Shown in pieces: positions 57,988-64,000 of a DNA stretch of 64,000 nucleotides (its first letter is position 1; each line of letters begins with the position of its first letter). A program made the translations under genes and the position numbers. The notes beneath the pieces are model-generated. The model saw only the letters and a program-made list of their open reading frames with translations. It was not told the origin of the DNA and ran no database searches. This DNA comes from Candidatus Doudnabacteria bacterium (GTDB lineage Bacteria > Patescibacteriota > Doudnabacteria > UBA920): positions 11,085 to 75,084 of the forward strand of contig JADZEH010000004.1 in NCBI GenBank assembly GCA_020850635.1. Reading direction: 5' to 3'.

Positions 57988-59532
57988 CTAACGAGCGTAC
58001 TCGATAACTCTAAAATCACGAATGACATGAACACGAATTTCACCCGGATATTTAAGTTCATTCTCTAAGCGGTTGGCAATGTCGCGAGCCAATTTCTGAC
58101 AAGCCCAGTCATCACGCATATCGGGACGGACAAAGACACGAATCTCACGACCACCCTGAATGGCGTAAGTTTTTTCGACACCTTCGTAACTGTTAGCGAT
58201 GTTTTCAAGATCAGTTAGACGTTTGACGTAGTTTTCGAAGCTGTCTTTGCGAGCACCAGGGCGACTACCGGAAATACCATCGGCGGCATCAACGATCATG
58301 GCTTCGATAGACAAAGGTTCACGATGTGAAGCGTGTTCAGAAACATCAGTATCATGATGATGGGATTCGATAGCTTCAATAACTTTAGCGTCGAGGCCAA
58401 ACTTTTCAGCCACACGGCGACCGATTTCAACGTGAGTCCCTTCCATGTCTTGGTCTAAAGCTTTTCCAATGTCATGAAGCAACGCACCTTGTTTTACAAT
58501 TTGAACATCGGCTTTTAAGTCTTCGGCAATAAGCGCGGCGATCTTGGCCATCTCAACCGAATGGCGTAAGATGTTCTGACCATAAGAAGTACGGAACATC
58601 AAACGACCGACCAAGTGCACGAGCTTTGGCGGGAATGTGTTAATCCCAAGTTCGTAAACGGCGGCTTCACCCGCTTGCTTAATCTGCTCATTAATTTCAG
58701 CTTTGCTCTTTTCGAATGCTTCCTCAATACGGGCTGGATGGATCCGACCATCAGTTAACAATTTGTCTAACGTTAACTTCGCAATATGACGACGAATTGA
58801 GTTGAAACCAGAAACCACAACAGTGTCTGGACTATCATCAATCAAAATTTCTACACCCATAAGCTGTTCAAACGCACGGATGTTACGACCTTCTTTACCA
58901 ATGATACGACCTTTCATTTCCTCATTAGGAATACTGACAGTCGTGGTAGTAGTTTCAGCTGTAACCTCTGTTGCGACACGTTCGATAGCTTGTGCGATAA
59001 TCATACGAGCTTCTTTTTCGGCATCAGCATGCGCGGTAGCAAGTAACTTACGATGAAGCTTGACCATATCATCTTTCACACTTCGCTCTGCGTTCTCAAG
59101 CAAAACCTTGCTGGCTTCGTCACGAGTCATTCCAGCAATTTTTTCTAAATTAGCTAACTGCTTGGCGCGTAACTCTTTAACTTCTTCTTGAGCAATACTC
59201 AACTCAGCCTCACGAGCTTCTAATTGCTGCTTTTGCAAATCTAATGCCGCAGTTTTACTATCTAAGTCTTTTTCGCGACGATCGATGCGTTCTTCAAACC
59301 GAACAATCTGAGAGCGAAATTCGCTTTCAGCTTTTTTAGCTTGTTCGGTTACTTCCAAAGCTTGAGCCTTAGCTTCAAGCTGTAACTCTTTACTCTTACT
59401 CTTGGCCTCTTCTAAGATTCTTTCGGCTTTGCTTTCGGCGTTGCCGATTTTTTTAGTGGTAATGACTTGGCGAATGATATAGCCGGCAACAACGCCAACA
59501 ATCAACGCAAGTGCACTAATAATAAATTCCAT
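57988..59532 (-). CDS. rny: Ribonuclease Y
   Basis: N-terminal TM, long coiled coil, KH domain (GRIIGKEGRNIRAFE) and HD domain (ILRHSVEMAKIAALIAEDL...LLHDIGKA). Confidence 0.9.
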   Translation of the reverse strand: MEFIISALALIVGVVAGYIIRQVITTKKIGNAESKAERILEEAKSKSKELQLEAKAQALEVTEQAKKAESEFRSQIVRFEERIDRREKDLDSKTAALDLQKQQLEAREAELSIAQEEVKELRAKQLANLEKIAGMTRDEASKVLLENAERSVKDDMVKLHRKLLATAHADAEKEARMIIAQAIERVATEVTAETTTTTVSIPNEEMKGRIIGKEGRNIRAFEQLMGVEILIDDSPDTVVVSGFNSIRRHIAKLTLDKLLTDGRIHPARIEEAFEKSKAEINEQIKQAGEAAVYELGINTFPPKLVHLVGRLMFRTSYGQNILRHSVEMAKIAALIAEDLKADVQIVKQGALLHDIGKALDQDMEGTHVEIGRRVAEKFGLDAKVIEAIESHHHDTDVSEHASHREPLSIEAMIVDAADGISGSRPGARKDSFENYVKRLTDLENIANSYEGVEKTYAIQGGREIRVFVRPDMRDDWACQKLARDIANRLENELKYPGEIRVHVIRDFRVIEYAR

Positions 59533-59849
59533 ACAATAACCTGCAATAGTATCGTACGGATAGAAGTTTTATATCAGATTTTGAAAACACACTGCCAATT
59601 ACAATTGGAGTGTTGAGTCGTTTATTTTCTCAGAATAACGATCGGACCCTAGTGAAGCAAAGCAAAAATTATTGAGAGAAACAAAGTCCTTGGCTTTCAA
59701 GATATGCACTTCCATTCCAGTAAAATACAGATTAATCGATAATATTTAACACTCATAGAGTACCATAATTAACTTCCTTTGGTCAACTTCAGCTAAGTTT
59801 TAGCTTTTGTTTAACCTTTCTCAATTTCACCCCCTCTACGCTACCTTCA

Positions 59850-60596
59850 GTGGCACCAATTTTGAACTGGAGGTTCGTAATGAGAAGCCTGATAGTTTGG
59901 ATCCTGCTTGTGATGATGTGTTTGATGGCACCTGCGATGGTCTCGGCCCAAGCCACAAACTCCTGTGCTGGCTACTACAGCAACAACAATCCCTACCCGT
60001 GTTGCACTAATGGCAACTGTACCTGGTGGTCATGGAAAATGGCCAACGAGAACTGGGGGCAACAACTCGGCGTACGTGGTAATAACTGGGGTGATGCCAG
60101 ATCATGGCTGTCGCGAGCACGAAGTAACCACTTCGGAGTCAAGACTACCCCGACACCTGGCACCGTAGCCGTAAACTCGTATGTTAACGGCTACGGACAC
60201 GTCGCTTGGGTCTACGCCGTAGACAGCAACAACGTTTACGTCACCGAGATGAATTGCAACACCACTACGGGCATGCGTTACTGGCAATACCCGATCACGT
60301 GGTTCGACGGTTACATCTACCGCAAACCGAAAGTCTCGTCCATCTATCCGCAACCTACTTGGTCAACCCAAGACCGAGTGTATACGCTTTATGGCAGTGG
60401 CTTTCAGTCACGACCCAGCATACGTGTAACGTTTCCAAGTGGCGGTAGTGGTACACTTTCGGGTTCGCAAATCCCCTACACCGACAGTGGTCAAATAACC
60501 ATGATCGCGACTTTGGCCAGTGTTGGGTGGTATTCATTCCAAGTCCGCAACCGAGACGGTGGGTGGTCGGATCCATGGTGGGTCTACGTCATGTAA
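59850..60596 (+). CDS. Secreted CHAP-domain peptidoglycan hydrolase with C-terminal Ig-like domain
   Basis: Signal peptide; CHAP core NCTWWSWKMA...GTVAVNSYVNGYGHVAWVYAV...YVTEMNC (Cys/His). GGAGG SD. Confidence 0.7.
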   Translation: MAPILNWRFVMRSLIVWILLVMMCLMAPAMVSAQATNSCAGYYSNNNPYPCCTNGNCTWWSWKMANENWGQQLGVRGNNWGDARSWLSRARSNHFGVKTTPTPGTVAVNSYVNGYGHVAWVYAVDSNNVYVTEMNCNTTTGMRYWQYPITWFDGYIYRKPKVSSIYPQPTWSTQDRVYTLYGSGFQSRPSIRVTFPSGGSGTLSGSQIPYTDSGQITMIATLASVGWYSFQVRNRDGGWSDPWWVYVM

Positions 60597-60602
60597 GCCC
60601 AA

Positions 60603-60633
60603 GGGCGCGTCTTTCGACGCGCCCGTTTTTTTT
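60603..60633 (+). terminator. Rho-independent terminator (GGGCGCGTC-TTTC-GACGCGCCC then TTTTTTTT)
   Basis: Perfect 9-bp stem directly after the CHAP gene stop. Confidence 0.65.
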
Positions 60634-60700
60634 ATTGATTTTATGGTCGCAAGCGACTATTATAATAGTATAAGCATTGATTTTGAAAGGACATACTACT

Positions 60701-61270
60701 ATGCATGACGAAGTTGATCACCTATACGACACAATGTATGCGACCCCTCAAGTAGGCCAAGTCGCTCCGATTTTTGAAGACTTACAAGCTTACCAAAAAG
60801 GCGACTACAAAAGAGTCTCTTTGGGCGACTTCAAAGATAAATGGTTAGTTTTATTTTTCTATCCACGAGACTTCACTTTTATCTGTCCTACTGAAATTCA
60901 GGAATTTGGCAAGCACTACGAAGACTTCAAAAAACTTAACTGCGAAGTTTTAGGAGCAAGTACAGATAGCGAGTATGTTCACAAAGCCTGGTACGAAACT
61001 GATGATCGCTTAAAAGACGTCGCCTACCCTGTTGTCGCTGATACAACCCAAGAACTAGCAGATATGTACGGCGTCCTTGATATTGATGGCTCCGCTCAAC
61101 GCGGCACGTTTATCATCGATCCCGAAGGAGTTCTTCGCTTCATGTTAGTTTCGGGTGATTCAGTCGGTCGCAACATTCCTGAAACCTTGCGCGTTGTTGA
61201 AGCGTTGCAAACTGGAGAACGCTGTCCGGCTGGTTGGGAGAAGGGTAAGGCAACCCTTGGAAAAGCCTAA
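60701..61270 (+). CDS. Peroxiredoxin (AhpC/TSA, 2-Cys type)
   Basis: FTFICPTEI peroxidatic Cys motif and C-terminal resolving Cys (ERCPAGW). ATG at 60701 with AAAGGA SD; the track's TTG at 60677 is less likely. Confidence 0.85.
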   Translation: MHDEVDHLYDTMYATPQVGQVAPIFEDLQAYQKGDYKRVSLGDFKDKWLVLFFYPRDFTFICPTEIQEFGKHYEDFKKLNCEVLGASTDSEYVHKAWYETDDRLKDVAYPVVADTTQELADMYGVLDIDGSAQRGTFIIDPEGVLRFMLVSGDSVGRNIPETLRVVEALQTGERCPAGWEKGKATLGKA

Positions 61271-61393
61271 AACTTATTACATTTGTTCAGATTCGAGGCG
61301 CAAGCGAGTATCTGAACGAAGTGTAGTTAACCTACAGTGAGTAAAGAACGGAGCTTGCAACAAAGAAGCTGGGCAAATTATTAAGTTTTAAAT

Positions 61394-61993
61394 ATGTATA
61401 AATACGAAGCAAAACAATTCGAATCAGTTAGTGGAATGGAGGGTTTCTCTGAGCGAATGATGCAAGAGCATTACAAACTCTACGAAGGCTATATTAAAAA
61501 AGCTAACGAGATTCAAGAGAAACTCAAAACCGTTGATGCCAGCACAGCTAACGCCACGCAGTCCGATTTACGTAGTTTGAAATTGGGGTTGTCATTTGCC
61601 GTTGATGCAATAAAAAGTCACGAGCTGTATTTCTCACACCTTGGTGGGAAAAGTGTTACGCCACTTGATGGTATTTCAAAACTCATCAACAAAAGTTTTG
61701 GGAGTTTTGATGCTTGGCTTAACGACATGAAGCAAACTGGTATTGCAGCGCGCGGTTGGGTCTGGTCTGCATATGACTGGGACAGCGGTGAACTCATGAA
61801 CGTCCTCGGTGATGGTCATGACGCTTTCCCGATTTGGAACGCCACACCAATTGTCGCTCTCGATGTCTACGAACACGCATACTTTATTGATTACGGCGTC
61901 AATCGCAAAGACTACATTGAAACATTCTTCAAAAACATCAATTGGGATGTGGTTGAAAAGCGAATCACTGATCACAAAATAACTATAAACTAA
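61394..61993 (+). CDS. Fe/Mn-family superoxide dismutase (divergent N-terminal region)
   Basis: C-terminal DVYEHAYF (Asp/His ligands), WVWSAYDW, and an N-terminal QEHYKLYEGY aligning to the HHxKHH region. Confidence 0.8.
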   Translation: MYKYEAKQFESVSGMEGFSERMMQEHYKLYEGYIKKANEIQEKLKTVDASTANATQSDLRSLKLGLSFAVDAIKSHELYFSHLGGKSVTPLDGISKLINKSFGSFDAWLNDMKQTGIAARGWVWSAYDWDSGELMNVLGDGHDAFPIWNATPIVALDVYEHAYFIDYGVNRKDYIETFFKNINWDVVEKRITDHKITIN

Positions 61994-62000
61994 TTAGGCT

Positions 62001-63857
62001 TTGAGGATTATAAAAAAAATAAGCACTAAATTTGACCGATGGACTATTATTCATTTGGTCATTTTATTAGCAGCTATAACAATCGAGGGTTTTCTACTTT
62101 CTCAATCAGAATTTAATACCTACTATGCATCAGCAGTAAAAAGTATGTCACAAAGTTGGCATAATTTCTTTTTCGCGTCATACGATCCAGGAGGGTTTAT
62201 ATCAGTTGACAAGCCTCCGTTAGGATTTTGGATTCAAACACTTTTTACACTGATCTTTGGTTTTCACAGCTGGTCACTCGTTCTACCTCAAATAATTGCT
62301 CATGTCCTTTCTATAGAAGTCCTATACCGAATTGTAAAAAAATACCATAGTCAAAAAAGCGCTTTACTTTCGGCACTAATTTTTACCCTGACCCCGGTAA
62401 GCGCAATTCTTGCTGGAACGAACCATCCAGATACATTATTAACTTTGTTTATTTTAATAGCCAGTGGACTAATTTTAAAGTCATCGTCAGAAAACAAATT
62501 TAAATTTGCTGTCTATGGTGCCATAATCATTGGGTTGGGTTTTAACATAAAAGGTGCTCAAGCGTTGATGGTAGTACCGGCTATATTTTTAACACTATTT
62601 ATTGCTAACAAAGCTCAAAGCATAGGAAGAAGGGCCATGTCACTAGCTTTGATTGGTGGAATTATTTGCATCATTGGTTTATCATGGTCAGTTGTTATAG
62701 AAAATATTGACCCCATAAAACGACCATATACAGGATCTACAAGTGACAATTCTCCAGTGAACCTGGCCATTGGCTATAATGCCTCGCAGCGCTTACTTGG
62801 GCAAAGGACGACAAACAAAGAATCAAACAAAAAAATTGAATCTGACCAAAACAAAGTTTTTTCTGGAACTGGAACCTTTTTTTATGGAGGCCAAGCTAGT
62901 ATTATCAGACTATGGAATGATCCCCTAGGAAGACAAGCCAGCTGGTTTATAATAATTGCTTTGATTGGAGGATTTGCGATCATTACTAAACGACAACTAA
63001 TTTTTCCTCTATCAAACGAACAGCTTTCGGGTCTCTATTGGATTTTTTGGCTTGTCCCGTGCATGGTGCTATTAAGCTTTATGCAGTTTATGCATCCATA
63101 CTATTCAGCGATTATAGCACCCCCAGTCGCAGCACTAAGTGGCGCCGGTCTTATAGCCATGGTTAAAAGCGCCAAAGAAAGGGGTTGGAAAAGTTACCTT
63201 CTCGCTATTGCACTGTTTTTCACAAGTATTAGCTACTGGGTGATTTTGTCTAATTCATCTGCGCCCAAGTCGCTCCAATTAGTTTATATTTCACTAAGCA
63301 TACTAATTCTGATCTACATCTTCTTTAAAATAGCCCGGTTTGAAAATAAAGTTGGACGGATAGCGCGCATAGCCATTTACCCAATTATTACATTGCTTGT
63401 TGCGATGCCGCTCTTTTGGATTATTCAATCTTACCAAGTTAAAATTGACGGAATATTTCCTCAAGCAGATTCATCTGAAACCAAAATTTACTTAAACCGG
63501 TCATTTAAACTTGATAAAAAACTGTTAGAAAAAATCAAAGCTCCACAGAATACATCAAAATTTGCAGTAGCGACTGAGAGTTCTACTTTAGCGGATCAAA
63601 TCATAATTAAAACTGGTTTACCAGTAATGAATATGGGTGGTTTTTATGGTACTGATCCTATATTAACCCTAGATTCTCTTAAGGAGAAAGTAAAGTCAGA
63701 AGATATCCGCTATTTTCTCTTAAGCAACTACTGGAAAGAGGGTGAATACAATTTTGAAAAAACAACATGGATAAAAGATACTTGCAAGCTTATAGAATCA
63801 TATTCATCAGATAAACTTTTTCTCTATGATTGCCGAAAATCCGTTGACCAAAACTAA
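62001..63857 (+). CDS. PMT/ArnT-family (GT39/GT83-like) membrane glycosyltransferase
   Basis: Multi-TM protein with the family's first-loop motif SVDKPPLGFWIQ. Confidence 0.7.
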   Translation: MRIIKKISTKFDRWTIIHLVILLAAITIEGFLLSQSEFNTYYASAVKSMSQSWHNFFFASYDPGGFISVDKPPLGFWIQTLFTLIFGFHSWSLVLPQIIAHVLSIEVLYRIVKKYHSQKSALLSALIFTLTPVSAILAGTNHPDTLLTLFILIASGLILKSSSENKFKFAVYGAIIIGLGFNIKGAQALMVVPAIFLTLFIANKAQSIGRRAMSLALIGGIICIIGLSWSVVIENIDPIKRPYTGSTSDNSPVNLAIGYNASQRLLGQRTTNKESNKKIESDQNKVFSGTGTFFYGGQASIIRLWNDPLGRQASWFIIIALIGGFAIITKRQLIFPLSNEQLSGLYWIFWLVPCMVLLSFMQFMHPYYSAIIAPPVAALSGAGLIAMVKSAKERGWKSYLLAIALFFTSISYWVILSNSSAPKSLQLVYISLSILILIYIFFKIARFENKVGRIARIAIYPIITLLVAMPLFWIIQSYQVKIDGIFPQADSSETKIYLNRSFKLDKKLLEKIKAPQNTSKFAVATESSTLADQIIIKTGLPVMNMGGFYGTDPILTLDSLKEKVKSEDIRYFLLSNYWKEGEYNFEKTTWIKDTCKLIESYSSDKLFLYDCRKSVDQN

Positions 63858-64000
63858 TAAACTCCCATCACTCTCACTATTCTTTCCAGCTTATAATGAA
63901 GCTGGCAACATCGCGCGCACCATATCGGAAGCTCAATTGATTGCTGAAAAGATTAGCAATCTATATGAAATTATCATTGTAAATGATGGGAGTACTGACG
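63826..64000 (+). CDS. GT2 glycosyltransferase (DPM1/ArnC-like), 5' partial at window edge
   Basis: From ATG 63826: MIAENPLTKTNKLPSLSLFFPAYNEAGNIARTI...EIIIVNDGSTD. Overlaps the preceding gene's 3' end. Confidence 0.65.
   Translation, partial: MIAENPLTKTNKLPSLSLFFPAYNEAGNIARTISEAQLIAEKISNLYEIIIVNDGSTD

Noticed and set aside
60677-60700. Track's TTG start for the peroxiredoxin (MILKGHTT...)
   Set aside because: ATG at 60701 is preceded by AAAGGA at ideal spacing and matches typical Prx N-termini.

Overview
The window is AT-rich, gene-dense and almost entirely minus-strand coding. It looks like a small-genome monoderm bacterium, possibly Patescibacteria/CPR-like; that is an inference, not a demonstrated placement. 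Hand-derived coordinates (RNAs, promoters, hairpins) carry about ±2 nt because they were indexed by eye; CDS coordinates are from the ORF track unless a start was re-called.

Main blocks, 5' to 3':
(1) 1-17037: a complete monoderm-type type IV pilus locus, pilM-pilN-pilO-(small)-pilB-(small)-pilT-pilC-pilA, followed by an embedded glycan module, then pilD, four minor (pseudo)pilins and a partial tail-fibre-repeat secreted protein. The glycan module comprises a WbaP-like phosphoglycosyltransferase, a methyltransferase, a GT2 and a Wzy_C/O-antigen-ligase-family TPR membrane protein.
(2) 17376-17895: a stand-alone tRNA-Ile(GAT)/tRNA-Ala(TGC) pair with a conserved upstream motif and a bidirectional terminator.
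(3) 17886-38065: a surface-fibre island. Two modules of [consensus sigma70 promoter -> small excisionase-family HTH protein -> giant secreted tail-fibre-like protein of 2053 and 1854 aa] bracket five secreted proteins in two paralog families. I interpret these as a CscA/DUF916-like family with a C-terminal membrane anchor and a WxL-like C-terminal-domain family. The same island carries a 72-nt hairpin element that recurs, inverted, at 39691.
(4) 38123-40145: a CAP/SCP-domain surface protein and an RRM RNA-binding protein.
(5) 40281-47117 and 51190-53619: visibly GC-rich patches carrying a degenerate Nudix-like gene, a single-chain purL immediately downstream of a lone 16S rRNA with no 23S in the window, and an ABC exporter. 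AT-rich host genes lie between them: a csoR-like repressor with a membrane protein and zupT, alkA-like, DUF1232 and dnaQ-like genes.
(6) 53957-64000: housekeeping genes clpP, nusA, yraN, ymdB, rny, a CHAP hydrolase, a peroxiredoxin, an Fe/Mn SOD, and a PMT/ArnT-like glycosyltransferase with a GT2.
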